Below, in pieces: positions 37,951-46,843 of a stretch of 64,000 nucleotides of DNA. The stretch lies in IMG/VR virus record IMGVR_UViG_3300005663_000003, positions 22,672-86,671 of that record. One strand, given 5' to 3'. The stretch comes from a virus. The notes beneath the pieces were generated by a model. That model had not been told where the DNA came from. It made no database searches and saw only the letters and a program-made list of their open reading frames with translations. The position numbers and the translations under genes are program-made. Positions within the stretch are counted from its first letter, which is position 1. Each line of letters begins with the position of its first letter.

Positions 37951-38385
37951 ATGACAGCCAAGACCAAGCGGCGCAAGAATGAGGGAACCCGAGGCCCCCG
38001 CAAGGGCCAGGGCGGACGACCTCGGCGAGTGATGAACGGCCAGCGCCGTAGCGTCCGGCTCGAATCGAGGGAGTGGCGCAAGCTGTTCCGCTACAGCAAC
38101 GGCACCAGCTACACGTCGCGGGTTCGCGACCTCGTCGAGCTGGCGAACAAGTCCACGAAGAAGGAGCGGGCCAAGCTCGCGACGAAGTGGAAGGAGATCA
38201 TCGCCACCGACCGGCGCGGCACCATGGTCGAGCCCACCGACCAGAGCATCCTCCTTGACGCCGAGACGTGGGACACGCTCGCCGAGCTGCTCCCCCTCGG
38301 GAGCTGGGCGGACAAGCTGCGCCAAGCGATGGAGCTGGCGAAGATCCAAACCACCAAGGCCAAGGAGAAGGCCAAGACCAAGTAG
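37951..38385 (+). CDS. Basic DNA-binding-like protein
   Basis: Extended -10 TGtTAGACT at 37920, SD AAGGAG; two RHH-like segments. Confidence 0.55.
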   Translation: MTAKTKRRKNEGTRGPRKGQGGRPRRVMNGQRRSVRLESREWRKLFRYSNGTSYTSRVRDLVELANKSTKKERAKLATKWKEIIATDRRGTMVEPTDQSILLDAETWDTLAELLPLGSWADKLRQAMELAKIQTTKAKEKAKTK

Positions 38386-38415
38386 ACACACCCCAAACAA
38401 GGAGACACGACACGA

Positions 38416-38820
38416 ATGAAGAAACTCAAGTTTAGCAGGCGAAAGCTGGACAAGCTCTCGAAGGCCATGAGAGGACGCGGCGCCATCGCCGAGGCGATCG
38501 GCATGAGTCGCCCGGCGGTGGACCGCTACTTCATCGGGAAGGCGATGCGGGCGGCGACATACGACAAACTGAACAAGCTCATCAAGAAACACAGCGGCGA
38601 GCAGGTCGAGGTCGACATCGGAACCGTGCCCGAGCCGAGGACTCTGGAGCAGGAGGGCGGCCACCTGTTCCGCCTGCTGTCCAAGGCGCTCGCGCGCAAC
38701 TCGGGAGTGGAGGCGCTCGGAGCGCAGCTCACTCGGATCGAAGGCCGCATCACCAGGATCGAGGAGAACCAGCGCGCCAGTCTGAGCGCGTGGAACATGC
38801 CCCAGGAGGCAGGACGATGA
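38416..38820 (+). CDS. HTH transcriptional regulator (XRE/Cro-like)
   Basis: GAIAEAIGMSRPAVDRYFIG. Confidence 0.7.
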   Translation: MKKLKFSRRKLDKLSKAMRGRGAIAEAIGMSRPAVDRYFIGKAMRAATYDKLNKLIKKHSGEQVEVDIGTVPEPRTLEQEGGHLFRLLSKALARNSGVEALGAQLTRIEGRITRIEENQRASLSAWNMPQEAGR

Positions 38821-39689
38821 GCGACAACGGACACGGGATCACCACCGAGGTCGTGACCATCACGCCGACGATGGCGAAGAAGTGGCTAGCTGAAACCAAC
38901 TACGAGGAGAACCGCAACATCAGCAGGGGCCGGGTCGATTACTACGCGCGGCAGATCCGCGACGGTCGATGGGCCCTCAACGGCGAGACGATCATCTTCG
39001 ACACCGAGGGCGGGCTGCTCAACGGTCAGCACCGCCTAGAAGCAATCATCAAGGCGAAGAAGTCGGCGGTGGTTCTCGTCGTGCGGGGCGTCAAGGAGTC
39101 CGCGTTCTCGACCATGGACCAGGGCTACAACCGCAACGCGGGCCAGGTAATGGGGATGAAGGGTCTGAAGAACGCCAGCCTCAGGGCGGCGATTTGCCGG
39201 GCCCTGTTCATCTGGGAGGTCTCCGGCGGGCGGCTAAAGAACTACGGCAAGATCAGCCCCGACGAGCTGATGATGGTCCAGGACATCTACGCCGAGGAGA
39301 TCGACGCGGCGACCTCCTACTCGAACCGATGCCGTGGTGAGGTCCCTATGTCCAGCGGCGTCATCGGCCTCGGGCACATCCTCTTCACCAGGGCCAGGTC
39401 GACGAAGTGCGAAGAGTTCCTCCGGGTCTTCGAGGACGGGCTAACCGCCATCGCCGGACACCCCGCGCTCGTCCTCAGGCGTCGGCTGATGAAGGACAAG
39501 ATGAAGGACCGCCAGCTTCCCTTCGATGCACAGTGGGCGGCCATGATCCGAGCGTGGAATGCCTACGACAAGGGCGAGACGATCCGCACCATCATCGTCA
39601 AGCGCAACCCCGATGGCGAGTGGGTTCAGCAGGCCATCCGTGGACTCGGCGCGAAGGCCAAGCAGACGAAGCTCAAGGGCGTGAGCTGA
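38817..39689 (+). CDS. ParB/Srx-like N-terminal domain protein
   Basis: ITP.MA..WL...N.NR.IS...V..YAR.I..GRW..NGE.I.FD..G.LLNGQHRL.A. Confidence 0.8.
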   Translation: MSDNGHGITTEVVTITPTMAKKWLAETNYEENRNISRGRVDYYARQIRDGRWALNGETIIFDTEGGLLNGQHRLEAIIKAKKSAVVLVVRGVKESAFSTMDQGYNRNAGQVMGMKGLKNASLRAAICRALFIWEVSGGRLKNYGKISPDELMMVQDIYAEEIDAATSYSNRCRGEVPMSSGVIGLGHILFTRARSTKCEEFLRVFEDGLTAIAGHPALVLRRRLMKDKMKDRQLPFDAQWAAMIRAWNAYDKGETIRTIIVKRNPDGEWVQQAIRGLGAKAKQTKLKGVS

Positions 39690-39907
39690 TGGGCGGCGTC
39701 AAGCGCGCCACGTTCGCGTGCCCCTACTGCGGGCACGTCAACGTGGCGGCGGCGTCGAGCCTGAACGAAGGCGACAAGCTCGCGCGGTGCGACGCCGAGG
39801 AGAGCGGATGCGATCGTCAGTTCGTCGTGCGCTGGAACATCGCGGCGTCGGCGCGCGGCGTCGGCATCACCGACGAGCTGCCGAAGGTAATGAAGGAGGA
39901 GGGCTGA
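39689..39907 (+). CDS. Zn-ribbon protein
   Basis: CPYCG...CDAEESGCDRQF. Confidence 0.6.
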   Translation: MGGVKRATFACPYCGHVNVAAASSLNEGDKLARCDAEESGCDRQFVVRWNIAASARGVGITDELPKVMKEEG

Positions 39908-40113
39908 TGGCCGACCCAAACGAGACGGCCATCATCCTCAACGTGGTCGACGCGGTCGACAAGTGTGACACGCTGCCCGAGGTCATCGCGGCTCTCGTCG
40001 GAGCGGCCAACGATCTTGGCGCGTTCAAGAACATCGGAACCTGGGAGCTGGAGTCCCACCCCGAGCACGGCATCGTGAGGCTCGTGAGAAAGTCGGACAA
40101 CCGTGGCAATTGA
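39907..40113 (+). CDS. Hypothetical protein
   Basis: TGATG coupling, SD GGAGG. Confidence 0.55.
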   Translation: MADPNETAIILNVVDAVDKCDTLPEVIAALVGAANDLGAFKNIGTWELESHPEHGIVRLVRKSDNRGN

Positions 40114-40954
40114 CACCAAAATTGAGTGGGCCGACAGCACTTTCAACCCGTGGTGGGGCTGCACGAAGATCAGCCCCGCTTGCGACAACTGCTACGCGGC
40201 GGCGACCGCCGCGCGGTGGGGCAAGGATGTCTGGGGTCAGGGCGTCGAACGCGAGAAGAAGATCGGAACCTGGAACGAGATGCGAAAGCTCAACCGGGCA
40301 ACGGCGCAGGCAATCGATGACGCGGTCGAGCTTCACCGACCACAGCCCCAGATGCCGCGCGTGTTCTGTGCGTCGATGGCAGACGTCTTCGACGCCGAGG
40401 TTGCGCAAGCCTGGCGTGAGGAGTTGTGGAACCTGATCGACGAGTGCGGACACCTGGTGTTCATGCTCCTCACGAAGCGTCCTGGAAATATCCGCAGGAT
40501 GCTCCCGGACCGTTGGCAGGAAGAAGGTATCCCCGAGCGGGTCTGGATCGGCACGACCGTCGAGAGTGACGACTACCGCTGGCGAATCGACGAGCTGATG
40601 CGCGTCCCGGCTGCGGTCAGGTTCCTCTCGGTCGAGCCCATGCTGGGCCCGGTCAACCTCGCCAGCCATCTCGGTCTCGGCCCGCTGCCCAACGGGGAGC
40701 GTGCGGAGCATGGAGGTCGCGGCATCCACTGGGTCATCTGCGGCGGCGAGTCCGGTCGCGGGTCGAGGCCGATGGAACTGGCGTGGGCGCGCGACCTGCG
40801 TGACCAGTGCGTGGCCTCGGACACTCCGTTCTTTTTTAAACAATGGGGACAGCACGACGCCCAGGGCAAGCGCGTCAAGTCGAAGCACGACGCGGGCCGC
40901 AGTCTCGACGGCGTCATCTGGAACCAGCTCCCGGCGGGGCTGGTGCGGGAGTGA
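40103..40954 (+). CDS. Phage gp37/gp68 family (DUF5131) protein
   Basis: TKIEWADSTFNPWWGCTKISPACDNCYA, VFCASMADVFD, LLTKRP, FLSVEPMLG, WVICGGESG, PFFFKQWG. Confidence 0.95.
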   Translation: MAIDTKIEWADSTFNPWWGCTKISPACDNCYAAATAARWGKDVWGQGVEREKKIGTWNEMRKLNRATAQAIDDAVELHRPQPQMPRVFCASMADVFDAEVAQAWREELWNLIDECGHLVFMLLTKRPGNIRRMLPDRWQEEGIPERVWIGTTVESDDYRWRIDELMRVPAAVRFLSVEPMLGPVNLASHLGLGPLPNGERAEHGGRGIHWVICGGESGRGSRPMELAWARDLRDQCVASDTPFFFKQWGQHDAQGKRVKSKHDAGRSLDGVIWNQLPAGLVRE

Positions 40955-41208
40955 ACAAGCTCCGCGAGCTGCTAGCGCTTTTGAAGAAGCTCCAGACCAT
41001 CGACAACACGGGGGACGCTGCGATGATGGCGGGGGACTTGCAGGACCCCGCCTACACCATCGAGCTGGAGAAGATCGTTAGCGGCACTCGGGATGCCGAT
41101 CTGTTCAGCGCCTACTTGGAATGGATGCTAGAAGACGCTGGCGGGCAGGGGCTACAAGACGTCATCGTTTCACGGCCTGGATACTTCGAGTGGCGACAGG
41201 CACTATGA
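40951..41208 (+). CDS. Hypothetical protein
   Basis: GTGA overlap. Confidence 0.55.
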   Translation: MNKLRELLALLKKLQTIDNTGDAAMMAGDLQDPAYTIELEKIVSGTRDADLFSAYLEWMLEDAGGQGLQDVIVSRPGYFEWRQAL

Positions 41209-41465
41209 GCGACTACCCCGAGCACGACAAGATGCGCGAGGTCAAGCCCAAGAGCCAAGCCATCGGCGAGTTCCTCGAATGGCTGGAGGAACAGGGCATC
41301 TGGTTGGCGAACCACGCCGACAGCGACGTTCACCTGAGTCCGTTCTGGTATTCCAAGGAGAAGATCCTTGCCAAGTTCTTCGACATCGACCTGAAGAAGA
41401 TCGGCGAGGAGAAGGACGCGATGGTCGACGAGCTGCGAGCCATGAACGAACCGAGCCCACGATGA
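41205..41465 (+). CDS. Conserved-looking phage hypothetical protein
   Basis: YPEHDKM..VK.KSQAIGEFLEWL...ILAKFFDID..KI.EEK.AM. Confidence 0.65.
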   Translation: MSDYPEHDKMREVKPKSQAIGEFLEWLEEQGIWLANHADSDVHLSPFWYSKEKILAKFFDIDLKKIGEEKDAMVDELRAMNEPSPR

Positions 41466-41992
41466 CCTCCGACATCTACGAGGTCGACCGCGCGGGCTAC
41501 GGTGCGGCTGCCTTCGGCGACGGCCTGCCCCTCGCTCTCTTCAAGGTTCCAGTCCGTGACCCGGTATCGGTGGGCGCCGCGATCATGGCCGACTTCTTCG
41601 ACCTCGACCTGGGGGACCGTGAGGCCCTCGCCGACGGGCGAACGGCCATCACGATGGCGGGCAGGAAGGTCGACCGGCTGGGCCGCGAGCTGGCATCGAT
41701 CATCCTGGCAAGTCGCGAGAGCTTCACCTGGACAGCTCAGGAGCTGAGCAGCTTCATCGACGGCTCGCCCCGGGGGTGGGAGCACGGCGACCTGGTCTGG
41801 TTCCCTACCGGGAACGGGTGGGAAGCGGGTAGCATCGAAGCAGTGACCCGGCGCGCGAGCGGCATCGTCATCGACGCGATCGGCTCCGAGGATGACGGGG
41901 AGCCGATCAAGGCATCGGTGTCGGTCTCCAAGCTGCGCCACCGAGACAAAGCAAAGCAAGGGCGCGACCGCCCGGAGAAGGTGAAGCCGTGA
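41462..41992 (+). CDS. Hypothetical protein
   Basis: ATGA overlap, typical codon usage. Confidence 0.6.
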   Translation: MTSDIYEVDRAGYGAAAFGDGLPLALFKVPVRDPVSVGAAIMADFFDLDLGDREALADGRTAITMAGRKVDRLGRELASIILASRESFTWTAQELSSFIDGSPRGWEHGDLVWFPTGNGWEAGSIEAVTRRASGIVIDAIGSEDDGEPIKASVSVSKLRHRDKAKQGRDRPEKVKP

Positions 41993-43101
41993 GCAAGTTC
42001 CGACCGTGTCCCGACTGCAAGGGCCTCGGTGTCGAAAGGCGCCGAGGCGTCATCGCCGAAGTTGACGCGCCATGCGGAAGGTGCAAGGGCGCGAAAGCCA
42101 TCGACGACCTCGGCGCGTGCGCGAAGATGGTCTATCCTCGCGTCAAGGCGGACGAGCGGCTCACCCTGCCGATACCCAAGGAGGGCCTGAGGGCGGGGAC
42201 GCGCATCGACCTCGGCACGACCTGCCCGTTCCCCGCCGACCGCGACTACCACGGGCAACTCCTCTGCGACGGTCACGCCCTGGCGAGAGCGATCGAAGGG
42301 AAGATGGCTTGTCCGACCTGCGGCGGCAACCCGACGAAGGGGATGCACCGTGGCGAGGTCGTCGGTCACGGCAAGGTGATGACCTGCTCCAGCTCCCAGC
42401 ACGAACGCGACCTGCAAGACGTGAGCGCCGCTCTACAGAAGGCGCTGAGCAAACGCGGACCTTTGCCTCCTGAGGAGGTAAGGACGATCGACGCCTTCCA
42501 GTCGACGTCGATCGACCTCGCCACCAGAGAGGTAGACGTGAGCTACGAACTCACCGAGCGTGAGACTCCGCGCACGCCGGGGACCATCCTCGTCGAAGGC
42601 GAGGAGCAACCTTGCCCCGGCGACTGCCGAAGGGGCTTGGTCCCCGCTCGTCACGGTTGGGGCGACTGTCCGGTGTGTTCGTCAGCTCCACCGCCGAAGG
42701 TCGTCGAATCGGCTACGCTCGATTCGGTCGACGTGATTCCGGGCGGCCTCGGCGTCAGGATGAGCAACGTCGTCTTTCGGCCGACTCCCGAGACGTCGCC
42801 GCTCATGGCCGCGATCGAGAACGGTGAGGTAGAGGACGTCGAGCCCGGCGAATCGTTGAGCTACGTGCCGCCCTACACCATTCCGATCGTCGAGACAGAG
42901 GAGGGTGTGACGTTGCTGATCGGTCCGAACATCCGGCAGCGTGTCGAGGCCCTCCCCGGGGATGAGATCCTCAAGAACATGGAGGACGAGGACGAAGACG
43001 AAGACGAAGACGAAGACGACGGATGGCGCTATGGTGATGAGTGCCTCACCGACGGCGAGCGCAACCCCTCAATGGGTGGTCCGCCACAGGATCGTGAATG
43101 A
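41989..43101 (+). CDS. Multi-Zn-finger protein with acidic tail
   Basis: DnaJ-like CPDCKG.G / CGRCKG motifs; EDEDEDED tract. Confidence 0.65.
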   Translation: MSKFRPCPDCKGLGVERRRGVIAEVDAPCGRCKGAKAIDDLGACAKMVYPRVKADERLTLPIPKEGLRAGTRIDLGTTCPFPADRDYHGQLLCDGHALARAIEGKMACPTCGGNPTKGMHRGEVVGHGKVMTCSSSQHERDLQDVSAALQKALSKRGPLPPEEVRTIDAFQSTSIDLATREVDVSYELTERETPRTPGTILVEGEEQPCPGDCRRGLVPARHGWGDCPVCSSAPPPKVVESATLDSVDVIPGGLGVRMSNVVFRPTPETSPLMAAIENGEVEDVEPGESLSYVPPYTIPIVETEEGVTLLIGPNIRQRVEALPGDEILKNMEDEDEDEDEDEDDGWRYGDECLTDGERNPSMGGPPQDRE

Positions 43102-43385
43102 GCATCCAGAGCGACGGCAACGCCTACCGCAAACGGAGCAGGTCGCACCCCGTCCACACGCGCATGGTGACGAAGCGCCGGGCCCGCGCGAACGGTGACA
43201 ACCTCAGCGACCCGCTTGCCATCGAAGGGCACAGGGCGCGCCCCGTGTCGTGCGGCTGTGGGTGGAGCGGAACGATGGACAAGCTGACGAACCCGGCCGG
43301 TGGACCGACACTCGGCGGCGTGAACCTCGGCCCCGGCTTCCCGGTCTGCCCAAAGTGCAAGACCGATGCGAGGCTCGAAGCGTGA
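43098..43385 (+). CDS. Zn-binding hypothetical protein
   Basis: CGCGWSG...CPKC. Confidence 0.55.
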   Translation: MSIQSDGNAYRKRSRSHPVHTRMVTKRRARANGDNLSDPLAIEGHRARPVSCGCGWSGTMDKLTNPAGGPTLGGVNLGPGFPVCPKCKTDARLEA

Positions 43386-43537
43386 GGCAGCTCGCCGAGT
43401 TCGTCTGGGGTCCGAAGGACGCGATCGACCTGACGGTCGTCGTCGTCTGCGTCGTGGTCATCACCATCGCGTGGCTGCTCGATTTGTTCGACCGTTGGAG
43501 GATCAAGCGGAAACAGAAGAAACGAAACCAGAGGTAG
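43382..43537 (+). CDS. Small single-pass membrane protein
   Basis: LTVVVVCVVVITIAWLL followed by a basic tail. Confidence 0.6.
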   Translation: MRQLAEFVWGPKDAIDLTVVVVCVVVITIAWLLDLFDRWRIKRKQKKRNQR

Positions 43538-43994
43538 GCCGGGGGACATAGTGCAAGGCGCCGCGCTGGAGTCAGGCCAAGCCCTTATCCTTTCGGGCGA
43601 AAGAGATGCTGTGAAGTCGTGACCGGCCCAGGGTGGAGCGTTCTCCCCCTTGATTGAAGCGGAACGGCATCGGAAAGCGTAGGGGTGAGCGTCCGTCGGG
43701 TCGGAGTTACTCAAGGGCGGATGGCCCGCCTGCTCCGAATTGGAAACTCGACGGACGCGAATCCTTCCCCACGAATCCCCACCGCTCCACGTCAGGGTGA
43801 AAGGCTTGCCCCCAAATTCCTCAGACCCTGGATGTGCTTCAAGGAATTCGCTCAAGTAGTCGGGCGGCGATGTCGATGTCGGTGGTGCTCCCTAGAAAGG
43901 GAGCTGGCCCAGCGGCTGGTCGGCAACGCTGGGCCAGCTTGGGAACACGAATACTCCCAGGCTAGCACAATGCCGCGACAGCTCTGGGGGGTTC
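43538..43994 (+). ncRNA. Putative large structured RNA / initiator leader, family unknown
   Basis: Longest gap without a credible gene; many nested and crossing helices (see findings). Confidence 0.55.
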
Positions 43995-44963
43995 GTGAGC
44001 GGACACGTTCTTCGGGATGGATGCTTCTCTTGGGTCAGGGCGGTCAGCTCGAACGACGGGCCACCGAAGTCGACGACGCGTCACGTCCTTCTAGCCCTCT
44101 CGCTCTACATGAGCCCGAAGGGGGATAGCTGCTTCCCGTCGATAGCCACCCTGGCCGACGACACCGGGCTGAGCGAGCGCAGCATCATCACGCATCTCCA
44201 AGAGGCCGACGCCCTCGGGTGGATCGCGCGCCAGGCCATGCCGATGCCGTCGAAGGGCAAGGGCTGGAAGCGGATGGCCTACGTCGCGACCGCCCCCGCG
44301 AAGGTCATGCAGCTCGCGCAGAAGGTGGTGAAGGACGTTCACCACGAACAAACCGAAGGCGGTGAACCTGACGACGAAGGTGGTGAACCTGACGGCGATA
44401 TGGTGGTGAAGGACGTTCACCCGATGCATCCAGTAGATGCTTCCAGTGATGCGGCCAGCCCGCCTCGGCCCAAATCCTCCATCCAAGAAAAGGCAGCGAA
44501 GCTCCTCGACTCGGGGAGGGCGACCGCGTGGGAGGAGAAGTTCTTGCGGTCTCAGCTCTCGAAGCTCGCGGCCGGGAAGCCTCTGTCCGTCGACAAGCTC
44601 ATCGAAGTCCTCGACGAACACGGCGAAATCCGGGAAGCGAAATCGGTCAACGTCCCGAGCGTCGCGGATCAGGAGCGCCAGATGCGCGAGACCCTCAAGC
44701 ACGACGAGGGCCTCCTGAAAGAACGCACGGCCGACGACGGACACATACCGCCGGACATCGTCGCGGCGTGTATACGAAAGCGAAACCGCCTGGCCCTCGT
44801 CGTCCCGCCGTGGCTCTCCGAGATGTCCGAGAAGCACCCGGTCGAGCAGACGGAGCCGCGCCGGAGGAAGCTCACGTCCCGTGAGGTCGACTCACGCTTA
44901 GGGAAGATCGCCAAGGCCGCAGACGATGCCGAGAAAGATTCCGCCTCGCAGTCTGTCGGCTGA
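43995..44963 (+). CDS. Replication initiator-like protein (HTH_36-type N-terminus)
   Basis: VLLALS.YM...G..CFPSIATLADDTGLSERSII.HL..A...GWI. Confidence 0.8.
   Translation: MSGHVLRDGCFSWVRAVSSNDGPPKSTTRHVLLALSLYMSPKGDSCFPSIATLADDTGLSERSIITHLQEADALGWIARQAMPMPSKGKGWKRMAYVATAPAKVMQLAQKVVKDVHHEQTEGGEPDDEGGEPDGDMVVKDVHPMHPVDASSDAASPPRPKSSIQEKAAKLLDSGRATAWEEKFLRSQLSKLAAGKPLSVDKLIEVLDEHGEIREAKSVNVPSVADQERQMRETLKHDEGLLKERTADDGHIPPDIVAACIRKRNRLALVVPPWLSEMSEKHPVEQTEPRRRKLTSREVDSRLGKIAKAADDAEKDSASQSVG
44321..44458. repeat. Iteron-like repeats inside the initiator gene, probable origin
   Basis: GG(T/C)GGTGAA x4; GGTGGTGAAGGACGTTCACC x2; GATGCnnCCAG x3. Confidence 0.65.
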
Positions 44964-45001
44964 CCGTGCTAGCATGGCTGACACCACAAAGGAGAAACGC
45001 G

Positions 45002-46474
45002 ATGGCTAAGATGAATCCCTTCCAGAAGGCGAAGCGCGGGAAGAAGTGGGTGAAGCTCCTCATCTCCGGGGGGAGCGGCGGGGGCAAGACGCTCACCGCC
45101 TTGCAGATCGCGTGCCACATGGCGGTGGCACTCGGCCGCCCCGGGAGCGTCGCGGTCATCGACACCGAGGACGGGAGCGCGGACCTCTACTCCTACGACA
45201 CCGTCGTCGGGGAGCCATTCTACTGCTCGTGCGAACAGTGCATGAAGGGGCCGCCGAGCGAGCGCCTGGCGCTGGAGTTCGATGTCATCGACCTGCGCGA
45301 CCACAGCCCCCAAGAGTTCCAGGGGAAGATGCGGGCGTCCCTCGATTTCGGCTACTGCATCCTGGTCATGGACTCGGCCTCGCACGAATGGTGCGGGAGG
45401 AACGGGTGCCTGGAGCAGGTCGACGCGCTCAAGGGTGACGGCAAGGGTCGCAAGACCGACAACGCCTGGAACGCCGTTACGCAACTGCACAACGCATTCC
45501 TTTCCGACATCCGCGCGATCCCCATCCACTTGATCGCGACCTGCCGCACGAAGCCCGAGCGTGGCGACGACGGCGGCGAGATCATCATCCAGCGCGACAA
45601 GGACGGACCGTTCTATTACGAGTTCGGGTTCTGGGGATGCGTCACCCGCCAGCAGCCCGGAACTCTCCACATCGCCAAGAGCAGGAGCGGTCACTTCCAA
45701 GGTGAGGTCTGGAAGAAGGCCGGGCGTCACGTCGCTCAGCAGCTCCTGTTCTGGGCCGGGCACCTTCGACAGTCGGAGCCCGTTCCCACGTCAGATTCTC
45801 CCGCGTTGAGTGGGGGGTCCGCTGTCGAGTCGGAGAAGCGACCGACTCCAGCGGGCCCCCCGCCGACCGCTCCCGAGGAGCCGAGGCGCGACCCGAAGAC
45901 GTGCAAGCACACAAGCTGGAGCTTTTACAGCTCGGTCCCCGACGAGGGCGAGCCAATCGCGGGCGCCACGTGCGACGACTGCGGCATCTTCCGCGCTGAG
46001 GAAGGCCCGCCACCAGAGACCGAGGAGCCGGGTCACCGTGTTGGCGTCGCGCTCGGGGACAAGGGACCATTCGTCGGCGGTCAGCCCTCGGAGGCCGAGA
46101 CCGCCGGGCAGACCAAGGACGTCACGGTGTCGGACACCATCGACATCACGGACAGCGTGTCCGCTTCGATCGAGGGACCGAGCGCGGAGCAGGAACGATG
46201 CGCCCACGGCGCCATCAAGGACGGCGCGTGCGTCGACTGCGGTGCCAAGGTCAACGAACCCGACACGTCCGAGCCCGAGCCCGAGGAAGACCCCGAGCTA
46301 CTCAGGTGGACGCTCCAGGCCGAGGAAGCGGTGGCCGCGCTGCCGGATGCGAGCGAGGTCCAAGCGAAGGGCGAGGGCTACGTCACCCGAGCCAAGGGCG
46401 ACATCGAACGCATGAAGCTCACGGTGTCGTGGGCGAACTCCGAGCTGAAGAAGCTCGCCGCAGCCACCGCCTAG
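45002..46474 (+). CDS. AAA_24/Sak4-like ATPase with long acidic Zn-motif C-terminus
   Basis: GGSGGGKT Walker A, VIDTE.GSA.LY, ILVMDSASHEW.G..G.LE.VD; SD AAAGGAG. Confidence 0.85.
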   Translation: MAKMNPFQKAKRGKKWVKLLISGGSGGGKTLTALQIACHMAVALGRPGSVAVIDTEDGSADLYSYDTVVGEPFYCSCEQCMKGPPSERLALEFDVIDLRDHSPQEFQGKMRASLDFGYCILVMDSASHEWCGRNGCLEQVDALKGDGKGRKTDNAWNAVTQLHNAFLSDIRAIPIHLIATCRTKPERGDDGGEIIIQRDKDGPFYYEFGFWGCVTRQQPGTLHIAKSRSGHFQGEVWKKAGRHVAQQLLFWAGHLRQSEPVPTSDSPALSGGSAVESEKRPTPAGPPPTAPEEPRRDPKTCKHTSWSFYSSVPDEGEPIAGATCDDCGIFRAEEGPPPETEEPGHRVGVALGDKGPFVGGQPSEAETAGQTKDVTVSDTIDITDSVSASIEGPSAEQERCAHGAIKDGACVDCGAKVNEPDTSEPEPEEDPELLRWTLQAEEAVAALPDASEVQAKGEGYVTRAKGDIERMKLTVSWANSELKKLAAATA

Positions 46475-46486
46475 AAGGAGTCGGCC

Positions 46487-46843
46487 ATGAGCCGCAACGA
46501 AAAGCCCATCGGGGCGCGGATCGACGACCACACCAGGGGCCAAGTCTACGATGCGGTCATCGCGTTGAGCGGTCCGCCCTGGCGCATGACGAAGAAGAAG
46601 CTAGTGGGCGAGGCGCTGCGGCGTGAGGTCACGCGCCTCGCCAAACGATACAACGGCGGCAAGCCATTCCCGGTTCAGAAGGACCGGCGGCTCGCCTCGA
46701 CTGGAGGAAGCGATGCAGGCGATGCCAAAGTGGGGAAGCGGAAAGCTGGGGGGGTGGCGGCTCGCCCCCGAGCTAGGGCGCGAGCCCGAGCAAAGCGCAC
46801 GGGCTCTGCTCCTGCGCGCTCTCGACGCAGGCGCTCAAGCTGA
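46487..46843 (+). CDS. ParB_C/ParG-like ribbon-helix-helix protein
   Basis: LV.EALRREV.RL..RYN.GKPFP signature. Confidence 0.65.
   Translation: MSRNEKPIGARIDDHTRGQVYDAVIALSGPPWRMTKKKLVGEALRREVTRLAKRYNGGKPFPVQKDRRLASTGGSDAGDAKVGKRKAGGVAARPRARARARAKRTGSAPARSRRRRSS

Noticed and set aside
42981-43020. (GACGAA)n hexamer run as a contingency locus
   Set aside because: In-frame Asp/Glu tract; length change would not shift the frame
43540-43620. GACATAGTGC and ATGCTGTGAA resemble group I intron S and P elements; GGGTGAAAGG at 43795 resembles RNase P
   Set aside because: Wrong order and no R/Q elements; no GAGGAAAGUCC P4 signature
43635-43790. Canonical tRNA gene
   Set aside because: Acceptor-like ends are ~155 nt apart, with no proper D or anticodon arms and no TTCG T-loop
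43124-44128. ORFs 43124-43855 (-) and 43685-44128 (+) across the structured region
   Set aside because: Atypical composition, overlap real genes, no SD or recognisable domain
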